Source: Eubacteriales bacterium
GTDB lineage: Bacteria > Bacillota > Clostridia > Oscillospirales > CAG-272
DNA length: 64,000 bases
Assembly (NCBI GenBank): GCA_045632285.1
Contig: JAZQWJ010000069.1
Coordinates: forward strand, 235 to 64,234
Reading direction: 5' to 3'
This document shows positions 55,105-64,000 of this stretch, one piece after another. The notes under the pieces were generated by a model. That model was not told the DNA's origin. It was given only the letters and a program-made list of their open reading frames with translations, and searched no databases. Position 1 is the stretch's first letter, and each line of letters begins with the position of its first letter. A program made the position numbers and the translations under genes.

Positions 55105-58100
55105 TTAAAAATGACGCTTTTTGCGGAATAAGAGCACGATCACAAGCGCAATATTTCCAACAAGCAGGAGGCAGGAGAGCACGATAGCCACCGTGGCGGC
55201 GGTGGTGGCGCTTTCCAGTGCGGCGGTGTCTGCGGTGGCATCTTTGCCGTCCTTTCCGTCAATGCCGTTCAGACCGTTTAGACCGTCCTCGCCCTTTTTT
55301 CCGGGCAGACCGTTGGCGCCGTCCTTTCCGTTGGCGCCGTCCTTTCCGTCGGCGCCATCCTTGCCGTCGGCGCCGTTGTCACCCTTATCTCCCTTAGGGC
55401 CGGTGGCAGGAACGCCGCTGTCTGTGTTGTCAATAAACCAATTTCCGTTGGGGCCAATGGAAAGCGTTGCGTCAATGGTGCCCGCGGCGCCGTCACGCCC
55501 CTCGGCACGCACACCGGTGGGGGTGCCGTTGATCACCCAATAGCCCTCGCGGATCTCAACCGTGGGGGCCTCGCTTTTCAGCGAGCCCCGCAGAGTCCAA
55601 TCGCTTTCAAAGCAATAGACGTTACCGCTGTCAAGATCCAGATACAGCGCGCCGTCCTCGGCTGTTGCCGTGGGAGCGCCGCTGCCCAAATGCCAGCGGT
55701 TGGCGGCAAGGGGTGGCACATAGCTCTCGTCGACCGTAACGGTGAACAGCTCGGTGCATTTGGTATACATCGTGCCGGAATGCGTAAAGAAAGAAGCGGA
55801 GAGCAGGCACTTGGCAGAGCCCGTGCCGCTTGTCGTCAGCACGCCGTTGTCATAAGAGCAGGAGAGCGTGCCGCTTTGCTCCACCACGGTCAGCGTGGCG
55901 CGGGCGGGGTGCGTGACGCCGCCGTTATAGGCGATGGCCGAGAGAGAAAGCGGAATATCCCGCAGAACGGTATTAGAAATGTAGGTGTTTTGGTCGGTGC
56001 GCAGGTCCTTGATATAATCGGATACCCAGGCGGTATAGTCGGTGGTAAAGGCGTGGGAGCCATAGCGGAAGAGCTTGTCAAAATCCGTGCGGTTGTTGAT
56101 GGTCCAGGGCAGGATCAGCACGCCGCGATGGTTGGCGGCCTCGATGAGATTGGGGCCGATGCTTGCGTAACTCGGGTTGTAGGTCGAGTTATATTGCTGC
56201 ACGGTGGCAAGGATCTCGGCAACGGCGCGCTCGGGATCGGCCTCGGCGCTTGCATAGTTCATAGAAAGCGAGCCCAGCCAGCCTACCGAAAGCGCGGGGC
56301 AGATCTCCTTGAATTTCAGCAGGATGCTTGTGTTAAAGGAGATCAGATTGACCTGATCGCGCATACCGTACTCGTCGATGATATTTACGATATGTTGGCA
56401 AATGGCGGTGTCGCCATCCTTGATCTCAATGAGCAATCGCACGTTCTTGCCCTTCAGGGCCTCGCAGTACTCCCGCAGCGTGGGGATGGGCTTGGGGGCA
56501 ACGCCTGCGTTGTCGTTGACAACGTATTGGCAAAGCTCGGCATAGGTGAAGTCCTTAACCCGTCCCGCACCGTTGGTGGTGCCGTCGATGGTGGCGTCGT
56601 GCATACCCACCACCACGTTATCCTTGGTGAGATAGAAGTCGGCCTCGATCAGGGTGGCACCCAGCTCCACGGCAAGCAGCGCGCTTTCCACCGTGTTCTC
56701 CTGGGCATAGATGGGCGTGCCGCGGTGACCGATGATGCCTGGGGCACGGATCAGGGTGGTGGGCATAAAATAATCGGTATAGCAGGCGGCCAGGGCGGCA
56801 GGGTCGCTTGTGACGATGCCGTTGGCGCCCGTCAGCGTGGCACCGACCAGCGCGGCGTCAGAGCTGTCGGCACTCTCGACCCACACCGAGATCAGCAGAT
56901 CGTGCATAGCCGCCACGGTGTCGCGGGTGGCATAGTCGGCAGAGAGCAGACCCACGCGAGAGCCGCTTTGGTTGATCTCAGCGCAAAGCGCGGCGGGGGC
57001 GGTGGCGGTGAGATCGCGGTCACGCAGATCCAGCACGCCGCGGCACATTGTCGCAAAATTCCGCACACGTTGTATCAAATTTGCGTCCTTTGCCATCACA
57101 AAGGCATCCACAAGGCCGCCATCTCTCAGCCATTGGCCGAGGGCGTCTGCGGCAGCGGAGCCCTCTATATAAAAGGCGGGGATGACCCTGTGCTCCAGTA
57201 ATCGCATGGCGTTTTCAAGCGAGCAGAGCACCGTGCCTGCGGGGTCGGTCACGTTCAGCTCGCTGTTCACGCGCAGGATGGCCGTGGCGGGCAGGGCGTC
57301 ACTTGCGGTGAGTGCGGTGAGCTCGGCGGCGCTCTCGATGGGCTTGATGATCGAGGGAGCCACCACCACGTCGGAGTTGGGGTCAATGATCTCCGCCGCG
57401 TCGCCGTCGGCGGGGATCACCACGCGATAGCTTTCTACCGAGATTTCGCTGGCGCGGACCTGCAGGCCGAGGCGGCCGCGGTCATACTCGGGCATATAGA
57501 CGTTGGTGGCCACGGCGGTGCCGTCAATGATCGAGGTCACATAGTCTCCAAAGGCCTCCACGGTAAAATCGTGGTAGGTGGGGGTATTGGTGCCGTCGTT
57601 AATGGCCTTCGAGTAGGCTGCTGTATGCACCACCTCCCAGGTGTCATCGGCATTGCGCTCGGCCACCTCGGTGCCGCTGCCCGCGGTGGTCATGGCGCGG
57701 AAGGTGTTTTGGTAGTAGGGATAGTCGTCATTTTGCACGCGGTACATAAATCCCATCCAATGGGTGTTGGCGATGCGGGCGGTCATGGCGGCATTTGCCT
57801 CGATGCGGTAGTCGCCAAAATCACCCAGCCACGCGGGGAACAGCAGGCGGATATAGCAATCCTTGTGTGCGTGACCCGAAAGCACCAGCTTGCCGTCGGT
57901 TACTGCGATCTCGGCCGAGGCGGCCTTCTCAGCGACCGTATAGCCTTTGTTCAGCAGCTCGTCAAAGGAGGACACGTCCTCAAAATCCTCCTCAAACAGC
58001 ACATATTCGGTGTCGGCGGGGTCCTTGACCAGCAGGTAGACGGTCTTGGCCTTGCCGCCCGCCGTGGCAGTCAGGTGGTAAACGCCCTTTGTCGTCGGGG

Positions 58101-58356
58101 TGACCTTGCCGCCCGATACGGTGATCTCGTCCGACGTCCAGACGATGTCGTCGGCGGCAAGAATGCTGCCGTCGTCGGCGGTGACACTGTAAAACGACAG
58201 GTCAACGGTCTCGCCCGCGTCGGCCTTGACGGCAGGAAAACCCAGCGACAGGGTCACGGGCAGCACGGGCACCGTAGCCGCCGCCCCGACGGGAAATGCG
58301 GCAAGCAGGGGCACCAACAGACAAACGGTCAAAAGCAGAGCGAAAAATCGTTTCAT
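55105..58356 (-). CDS. Membrane-anchored surface protein: Ig-like domain, ConA/LamG-like domain, glycerophosphodiester phosphodiesterase (GDPD), collagen-like stalk and TM helix
   Basis: It has the signal peptide MKRFFALLLTVCLLVPLLAAFPVGAAA. The GDPD signature is IIGHRGTPIYAQENTVESALLAVELGATLIEADFYLTKDNVVVGMHD..IPTL..LLIEIKD (about 55990-56760). It ends with 18 G-X-Y triplets and a C-terminal TM followed by RKKRHF. Confidence 0.85.
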   Translation of the reverse strand: MKRFFALLLTVCLLVPLLAAFPVGAAATVPVLPVTLSLGFPAVKADAGETVDLSFYSVTADDGSILAADDIVWTSDEITVSGGKVTPTTKGVYHLTATAGGKAKTVYLLVKDPADTEYVLFEEDFEDVSSFDELLNKGYTVAEKAASAEIAVTDGKLVLSGHAHKDCYIRLLFPAWLGDFGDYRIEANAAMTARIANTHWMGFMYRVQNDDYPYYQNTFRAMTTAGSGTEVAERNADDTWEVVHTAAYSKAINDGTNTPTYHDFTVEAFGDYVTSIIDGTAVATNVYMPEYDRGRLGLQVRASEISVESYRVVIPADGDAAEIIDPNSDVVVAPSIIKPIESAAELTALTASDALPATAILRVNSELNVTDPAGTVLCSLENAMRLLEHRVIPAFYIEGSAAADALGQWLRDGGLVDAFVMAKDANLIQRVRNFATMCRGVLDLRDRDLTATAPAALCAEINQSGSRVGLLSADYATRDTVAAMHDLLISVWVESADSSDAALVGATLTGANGIVTSDPAALAACYTDYFMPTTLIRAPGIIGHRGTPIYAQENTVESALLAVELGATLIEADFYLTKDNVVVGMHDATIDGTTNGAGRVKDFTYAELCQYVVNDNAGVAPKPIPTLREYCEALKGKNVRLLIEIKDGDTAICQHIVNIIDEYGMRDQVNLISFNTSILLKFKEICPALSVGWLGSLSMNYASAEADPERAVAEILATVQQYNSTYNPSYASIGPNLIEAANHRGVLILPWTINNRTDFDKLFRYGSHAFTTDYTAWVSDYIKDLRTDQNTYISNTVLRDIPLSLSAIAYNGGVTHPARATLTVVEQSGTLSCSYDNGVLTTSGTGSAKCLLSASFFTHSGTMYTKCTELFTVTVDESYVPPLAANRWHLGSGAPTATAEDGALYLDLDSGNVYCFESDWTLRGSLKSEAPTVEIREGYWVINGTPTGVRAEGRDGAAGTIDATLSIGPNGNWFIDNTDSGVPATGPKGDKGDNGADGKDGADGKDGANGKDGANGLPGKKGEDGLNGLNGIDGKDGKDATADTAALESATTAATVAIVLSCLLLVGNIALVIVLLFRKKRHF
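55240..55401 (-). repeat. Collagen-like G-X-Y triplet repeat (18 uninterrupted triplets)
   Basis: GPKGDKGDNGADGKDGADGKDGANGKDGANGLPGKKGEDGLNGLNGIDGKDGKD lies 19 residues before the predicted C-terminal TM helix. Confidence 0.9.
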
Positions 58357-58498
58357 AATGACCTCCTTAAGGGGTGGAGTGCCTACATTATAACACGCTT
58401 TTATGCAAATTGCAACATTTGGGGGTTTACAATGAAGAAATTTTGTGCTAAAATAAAGATAAGAGGCTTATATTTTGAATAAGGAAAGGAGACTGAAC

Positions 58499-60727
58499 AT
58501 GAACAAAAGAAGATTTGGAATTTTATTGGTACTGCTGCTGTGCTTGCTGAGCCTGCCTCTCCTGATCGCCTGCGGCGAAGAACCCGAGCCACCCGTGGGG
58601 GAACAGACGTGTACGCACAGTCTGACCCATCATGAGGCCGTTGCGGCCACCTGCGGCGGCGAGGGTAACACCGAATATTGGTCTTGCGACCAATGCGGCA
58701 AATACTTTTCCGACGCCGCGGGAAGCACCGAGATTACCGATAAGGATTCGGTGCGGGTGGATCGGTTAAAGCATCTTCTTTCGCGTCATCAAAAGGTGGA
58801 GGCCACCTGCGGTAATGCGGGAAACATAGAGCATTTTTCTTGTGTGGCTTGCGGAGAGCTCTTTTTTGATTCCGAGGCTATGCTTGAAATTGCCGACACT
58901 GTCTCCGTGATCCTACCTCAAGCCGCGCATCCATTTGTGCTGGAATACAACGAGACCACACACTGGGGAAGCTATGCTTGCGAACACGGGCTTTCCGCCA
59001 CGGAAGAAACGCCCCACACCCTTGACGATCAACTGTGCTGTACCGGTTGCGGATTTCAGACCGGAACTCCGGGCATGGAATACAAACTAAACAGCAACGG
59101 CGAGAGCTACACGCTCGTTTACGCAGGCGCGGCATTTGCATCTGCCAACGTGATCGTCCCCAGTTTTTACAATGGGAAGCCTGTAACAGCCATCTCCGGC
59201 ATGGCCTTTTCCGAAGCGCTGAGCTCTGTTCGCATCCCCGACACGGTTACGTTGATCCAAAGCAACACGTTTCGCCAATGCCGCAACCTGACCGCCGTCA
59301 CCATACCCGCAAGCGTTCAGAGAATCTCAACAGCTGCATTTGAAGAATGCACCGCCTTGACCGCCGTACACATCACTGACCCGGAGGCATGGTGCAAGAT
59401 CCTATTTGAAAACGCTGCCGCCAATCCACTCAATGGGGGCGCTACGCTGTATCTGAATGGCGAGCCCGTCACTGCATTTACCGTACCAAGCACCATATCC
59501 GCCATCGGGGACTATGCGTTTTACAACTGTGACTCCTTGCAAACGATCAAATTGCCTTTGAGCGTGGAAACCATTGGAAATGGTGCGTTTGGCGCTTGCT
59601 CCGCACTGGTGGAAGCGGACATTCCGCCCACAGTCACAAGCATTGGCGAGCAAGCCTTTATGGATTGCTACGCTTTGAAAGAAACCGTCATTCCTTCTTG
59701 CGTATCCGTTATGGGAGAGGGGGCCTTCCGTTCTTGTATCAGACTGGAACAGGTGACTTTTGGAAAAAGAAGCTGCTTGGTTACTCTGCCGAAAGAAGCC
59801 TTTTACGGTTGCTATTCGTTGAAAAGCGTAATCTTTGAAGAGGGCAGTGTTTTGGAGGACGTAGGTGAATCTGCGTTTTTTGAATGCGACAGCATGACCA
59901 TCGTCTCCTTCTCCTCTGCTTTGAAAACGATCAAGCGGCAGGCGTTCCAAAACTGCGAAGAGCTGACCGCGCTGATCACGTTGCCGGGCGAACTTCGTAT
60001 CTTTGAGAACGCGTTTCCGCATTGCGAAAAACTGATCCAACGGGAAAACGGTGCGGAATACGTCAACCAGTGGTTAATCGGCTACGATGCCAATGCCACC
60101 ACCGTGGTACTGCGAGATAACACGACCATCATTGCGGATCAGGCCCTTAAAAACTGCAACGCCTATATCAACGGCACGCTTCCCGCAAGCTTGATCTACG
60201 TGGGTGCGTTGGCCTTTGAATCCTGCACAAAACTGCAATCCTTAACCATCTCATCGAGTCTTGCGGTAATTGGAGAATCTGCCTTTAGACGTTGCTTCAA
60301 TCTCAAAAGCGTTGAGCTACCCGCAACACTTACCGAGATCAAAAAAAATACGTTTGCCCAATGCTCGGCACTGGAAACCGTAACGATCGCGCCCGATAGC
60401 CGTTTGGAGGTGATCCATACAGAGGCTTTCCTGAATTGCAGCAAACTGACCTCTGTTACGATCCCTGTGAGCGTGAAAAAGATCACTTCCGATGCCTTTG
60501 AGTCATGTACCGGATTGACCTCCGTTTACTATGGAGGTGTCGCTCGAAATTGGGGTGAAATAGACGGAACAGAATACAATTACTCCGGACCCATCATCTT
60601 TACAAACTACTACATAGTGCATGCGACCCGCTACTATTATTCCGAATCGGAGCCAACCTCGGCCGGAAATTATTGGCACTACGACGTGGACGGCAGCGTT
60701 GCCGTGTGGCCTGCGGTCACGGAATAA
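58499..60727 (+). CDS. BspA-like leucine-rich-repeat surface lipoprotein with duplicated N-terminal Cys/His modules
   Basis: The ATG at 58499 lies 7 nt after AAAGGAG. It has a lipobox LLIACGE. Two modules are of the type H..HEAVAATCGGEGNTEYWSCDQCGKYFSD, followed by many repeats of the type IP.SV..IG..AF..C..L. Confidence 0.85.
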   Translation: MNKRRFGILLVLLLCLLSLPLLIACGEEPEPPVGEQTCTHSLTHHEAVAATCGGEGNTEYWSCDQCGKYFSDAAGSTEITDKDSVRVDRLKHLLSRHQKVEATCGNAGNIEHFSCVACGELFFDSEAMLEIADTVSVILPQAAHPFVLEYNETTHWGSYACEHGLSATEETPHTLDDQLCCTGCGFQTGTPGMEYKLNSNGESYTLVYAGAAFASANVIVPSFYNGKPVTAISGMAFSEALSSVRIPDTVTLIQSNTFRQCRNLTAVTIPASVQRISTAAFEECTALTAVHITDPEAWCKILFENAAANPLNGGATLYLNGEPVTAFTVPSTISAIGDYAFYNCDSLQTIKLPLSVETIGNGAFGACSALVEADIPPTVTSIGEQAFMDCYALKETVIPSCVSVMGEGAFRSCIRLEQVTFGKRSCLVTLPKEAFYGCYSLKSVIFEEGSVLEDVGESAFFECDSMTIVSFSSALKTIKRQAFQNCEELTALITLPGELRIFENAFPHCEKLIQRENGAEYVNQWLIGYDANATTVVLRDNTTIIADQALKNCNAYINGTLPASLIYVGALAFESCTKLQSLTISSSLAVIGESAFRRCFNLKSVELPATLTEIKKNTFAQCSALETVTIAPDSRLEVIHTEAFLNCSKLTSVTIPVSVKKITSDAFESCTGLTSVYYGGVARNWGEIDGTEYNYSGPIIFTNYYIVHATRYYYSESEPTSAGNYWHYDVDGSVAVWPAVTE

Positions 60728-60750
60728 ATGCTTTTTGACCGTAGTTCCTT

Positions 60751-60782
60751 GCCCCGAGCGCAAGTTGCGCTCGGGGCTTTTG
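60751..60782 (+). terminator. Rho-independent terminator
   Basis: GCCCCGAGCGCA-AGT-TGCGCTCGGGGC followed by TTTT. Confidence 0.85.
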
Positions 60783-60874
60783 TGTGCATCAAGCCTTTTT
60801 AGTCGCTTTTTCTTGCAAATTTGCCGTGGATATGTTATACTGTTATAAAATAAAGCTCAAAAGGAGGGGAGCGC

Positions 60875-62419
60875 ATGCTTTCAACCGTTTACAGCGCGGG
60901 GCTTGCGGGCATTGACGGCTTTATCGTCAGCGTTGAGTGCGATGCGCAGGAGCGCATGGACGGATTTGAGATCGTGGGTCTGCCCGATCTTGCCGTGAAA
61001 GAGGCCAAAGAGCGCGTACGGACCGCCACGCTGAACAGCGGGTTTCGCTTTCCCTTTTGCCGCCTGACCGTTAATCTTGCCCCTGCCGATCGCAAAAAAG
61101 AAGGCTCGGCCTTTGACGTGGCTATTCTCACCGGCATATTCCGCTCGTCCGGTATCATCCGCCATTTTGTTGATCTTTCGCACGCCTGCTTTCTTGGCGA
61201 GCTGTCGCTTTCGGGTAGCATCCGTGCCGTGCGCGGCGCGCTTTCGATGTGTGTGGCCGCCAAGGAGGCGGGATTTACCGAAATTTACGTACCTGCCGAC
61301 AACGCCCGCGAGGCCGCGGCCGTGGAGGGTATTACGGTCTATCCGCTAACGGATATGCACACACTGGTGATGCACCTGAACGGCGAGGCGCCCATCAAAC
61401 CCTTGATACCGGATCGCACCGCCTTTGCCGACGCGGTGCTGCAAAGCGCCGTTGATTTTGCCGACGTGCGCGGACAGACGATGGCCAAGCGCGCTATGGA
61501 GGTGGCCGCCGCCGGCGGACACAACATTTTGCTGATCGGCCCGCCCGGTACGGGCAAGTCGATGCTGGCCAAGCGCCTGCCCACCATTTTGCCGCCGCTG
61601 ACCTTTGATGAGGCCATTGAAACCACCAAGGTGCATTCGGTAGCGGGCACGCTTTCTGCCGATTGCTCGCTACTTTCGGCCCGCCCCTTTCGCTCTCCCC
61701 ATCATACGATGTCTGCGGTCAGCCTTGTGGGCGGCGGCGCCAATCCTACCCCCGGCGAGGTCTCTCTTGCCCATAACGGGGTGCTGTTTTTGGACGAATT
61801 GCCCGAGTTCCCCAAGACTGTGACCGATACACTGCGGCAACCCTTAGAGGACCGCCGCGTGACCATCACCCGCGCCAGCGGCCGTGTGACCTTTCCTTGC
61901 TCGTTTATGATGGTGGGTGCGATGAACCCCTGCCGTTGCGGTTATTTCGGCCACCCCACCAAGGCCTGCACCTGCTCGCCCCTGGACGTGAAGCGCTATA
62001 TTTCCCGCATCAGCGGCCCCTTGCTTGATCGCATCGATATCGAGGTAGAGCTGCCATCGCTTTCTTATGACGAGCTTTCTGCAAGGGATAGCAATATCGA
62101 GACCTCGGCTACCGTTCGCGCCCGCGTTATGGCTGCACGGCAGTTTGCCGCCGCCCGTATGGCGGGCGAGCAGGGCGTTTTCTGCAATGCTCAGCTGGAT
62201 GCGGCACGCATCCGCAAGTACTGCGTGGCTGACGATGCCGCCATGGCGGTGCTGCGCGGTGCTTATGACCGACTTGGACTTTCAGCACGCGGCTATGACC
62301 GCATTATGCGTGTGGCACGCACCGTGGCCGATCTGGAGCAAAGCGAGTTGATCCGCGCCGCGCACATTGCAGAGGCCATTCAGCTGCGTAGCCTTGACCG
62401 AAAATATTGGGACGCTTGA
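60875..62419 (+). CDS. YifB/ComM-family Mg-chelatase-like AAA+ ATPase
   Basis: It has an N-terminal Lon-protease-like domain ([14 protein letters not shown]), Walker [10 protein letters not shown], Walker B VLFLDEL and a C-terminal ChlI-like domain ([18 protein letters not shown]). Confidence 0.9.
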   Translation: MLSTVYSAGLAGIDGFIVSVECDAQERMDGFEIVGLPDLAVKEAKERVRTATLNSGFRFPFCRLTVNLAPADRKKEGSAFDVAILTGIFRSSGIIRHFVDLSHACFLGELSLSGSIRAVRGALSMCVAAKEAGFTEIYVPADNAREAAAVEGITVYPLTDMHTLVMHLNGEAPIKPLIPDRTAFADAVLQSAVDFADVRGQTMAKRAMEVAAAGGHNILLIGPPGTGKSMLAKRLPTILPPLTFDEAIETTKVHSVAGTLSADCSLLSARPFRSPHHTMSAVSLVGGGANPTPGEVSLAHNGVLFLDELPEFPKTVTDTLRQPLEDRRVTITRASGRVTFPCSFMMVGAMNPCRCGYFGHPTKACTCSPLDVKRYISRISGPLLDRIDIEVELPSLSYDELSARDSNIETSATVRARVMAARQFAAARMAGEQGVFCNAQLDAARIRKYCVADDAAMAVLRGAYDRLGLSARGYDRIMRVARTVADLEQSELIRAAHIAEAIQLRSLDRKYWDA

Positions 62420-62449
62420 TCCCATCCGTTTCTCTGTAAGGAGGATTTT

Positions 62450-64000
62450 ATGGCAAACGAGATCTTAAGAGAAGTATATGACGTTGCCGATCTTTGCGAG
62501 CTTTTAAGCGAAAGCGCGGCCCGTTACGGTACAAAATGCGCTTTTCGCGAAAAGCGGGACGGCATTTATCAGGACGTTTCCTACGCGCGCTTTGCCGTTG
62601 AGGCCGAGGCCCTTGCCGTGATGCTGAGCAACCGCTTTTCAGCGGGGGATCGCGTGCTGATTATTGGCGAAAACTCATACCGTTGGGTGCTTTCTTTTAT
62701 GGCGCTGACTCTGCTTGGCGCGGTGCCCGTCCCCGTAGATTCGATGGTGCGGATCAAGGATCTTTGCGAGATCTCTGCCAAGGCCGAGGCCAAGGGCGTG
62801 CTGTATTCTCCCATCGAGCGCCGCAAGAAAAAGGGCTATGTGGGGCTTTCTGCCGTCTGCTTTGATAAATATCCGCTGCTGATCGCCGAGGGCAAGCGGC
62901 GCCTTGCCGCGGGGCTGAGTGCGCCGGTGGTGACAAGGGTGGAGCCCGATAGCCTTGCGGCCGTCTTTTTTACCCCGGGTTCTACCAAGGGCGTGATGCT
63001 GTCCCACACCAATATCCTGACAACGGTACGCTATATTTGTGACGCGACTGCGCTTGACAGCCGCGATCTGCTGCTTTCTCATTTGCCCCTCTCGCACGCC
63101 TGCGAATGTATTTGCGGTCTGCTGACACCGCTGTATCTGGGTGCCACCGTGGCTTTTGGCGAGGGGCTTGCGCACCTGATGCGCAATATGCGAGAGACCC
63201 ACCCCACCTGTATGATCACGCTGCCCCTTGTGGCGCGTGCGATCCACCGCAAGATCTGGGCACGGATCGGGGAAAAGGGGAACGAGGCCGGCGTGCGTCG
63301 GCGCATTGCCGTTTCTGACCCTGTACGCCCGCTTTCTGTCCGTCAGGCGCTAAAGGAACGCCTGCTTGCTGCCGAGCGACATTGCGTGGGCGATTCGCTG
63401 AACCGCTTGATCGTGGTGGGGGGCGGCTTAGAGCGCTCTGTGCAAAAGGAGCTGCGCCAGCTGGGCATTTTCACGGTGCAGGGCTATGGCGTGACCGAGT
63501 GTGCGGGTCTTGCCGCGCTCAACCGTGACGAGCACTATTGCGACGGCGCGGCGGGACTGCCGTTTGCCGACACGATGATCGATATTTACAATGCGCAGCC
63601 CGACGGAAGCGGCGAGATCCGCTACAAGGGAAAAAACGTGATGCTGGGCTATCTTGGTGACCCCGAGCTGACGGATAAGGCGCTGAACGGCGGCTGGTAT
63701 TACACCGGTGATATGGGGCGCGTGGACAGCGCGGGCTTTTTGTACGTGCTTGGTCGCCGTCAAAATTGCATCGAGACCGCAGCGGGGCATTTGATCTGCC
63801 CCGAGGAGCTGGAGCGGTTGCTTTGCCAAAGCCCCTTTATCAAGGAGGCTGCAGTGGTGGGTGTGCTGAATCCGGAGACCCGCGACAGCGAGCCCGCGGC
63901 GCTGATCATTCCCGATCACGAGTACTTGAACGAGACGTTTGGTGAGGAAGTCGCTGACAACGACCCCGAGATTGTTGTGGACGAATGGATCGCTCACATC
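62450..64000 (+). CDS. AMP-dependent synthetase/ligase (long-chain acyl-CoA synthetase-like), 3'-truncated by the window edge
   Basis: It is absent from the ORF track. I translated frame 2 from the ATG at 62450 (7 nt after AAGGAGG) to position 64000 and found no stop codon. It has the AMP-binding motif FFTPGSTKGVMLSHTNI, then QGYGVTEC and YYTGDMGRVDSAGFLYVLGRRQN. Confidence 0.8.
   Translation, partial: MANEILREVYDVADLCELLSESAARYGTKCAFREKRDGIYQDVSYARFAVEAEALAVMLSNRFSAGDRVLIIGENSYRWVLSFMALTLLGAVPVPVDSMVRIKDLCEISAKAEAKGVLYSPIERRKKKGYVGLSAVCFDKYPLLIAEGKRRLAAGLSAPVVTRVEPDSLAAVFFTPGSTKGVMLSHTNILTTVRYICDATALDSRDLLLSHLPLSHACECICGLLTPLYLGATVAFGEGLAHLMRNMRETHPTCMITLPLVARAIHRKIWARIGEKGNEAGVRRRIAVSDPVRPLSVRQALKERLLAAERHCVGDSLNRLIVVGGGLERSVQKELRQLGIFTVQGYGVTECAGLAALNRDEHYCDGAAGLPFADTMIDIYNAQPDGSGEIRYKGKNVMLGYLGDPELTDKALNGGWYYTGDMGRVDSAGFLYVLGRRQNCIETAAGHLICPEELERLLCQSPFIKEAAVVGVLNPETRDSEPAALIIPDHEYLNETFGEEVADNDPEIVVDEWIAHI

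Noticed and set aside
55240-55401. The collagen-like repeat as evidence of a prophage tail fibre.
   Set aside because: No phage structural, integrase or lysis genes are nearby. The repeat is embedded in a signal-peptide/TM-anchored GDPD enzyme.

Overview
The window is GC-rich and gene-dense. It looks like chromosome from a spore-forming Clostridia-class Firmicute, based on spoIVB, the ffs-dnaX-ybaB-recR cluster, the rpmH-rnpA-yidD-yidC-jag-mnmE cluster, and AGGAGG-type RBSs. This taxonomic guess is inference only. Most of the window is housekeeping or metabolic. It holds a sugar-acid dehydratase with an SDR, a MarR-controlled heterodimeric ABC exporter, a Fur-family regulator with a metal permease, ldh-pfkA, cinA, tmk, citrate synthase, a Mn-riboswitch-controlled P-type ATPase, and a GldA/F/G-like ABC-2 operon. 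I moved many track ORF starts to the first start codon that has a credible RBS. Three features absent from the ORF track were found by reading the sequence: rpmH (22964-23098), a long-form SRP RNA (about 16898-17180, minus strand), and a 3'-truncated acyl-CoA synthetase-like CDS (62450-64000). Five observations stand out. (1) An AT-rich 3.1-kb cassette (AraC, NanA, sialidase) sits in the 3' end of spoIVB between 120-bp direct repeats, with no recombinase present. (2) A 1640-aa membrane-anchored metallophosphoesterase has a stalk of about 29 tandem His..C-x3-C-x2/3-C modules. (3) It converges on a GDPD phosphodiesterase whose stalk is collagen-like G-X-Y. (4) A two-gene operon encodes an EI C-terminal-domain-like protein that appears catalytically dead, followed by an EIIA-Glc-like protein. 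(5) A CoiA-like nuclease-fold ORF is translationally coupled to the ABC exporter. I found no CRISPR array, tRNA, rRNA, transposase, integrase or recognisable defence system. All homology calls come from by-eye motif recognition, not database searches.
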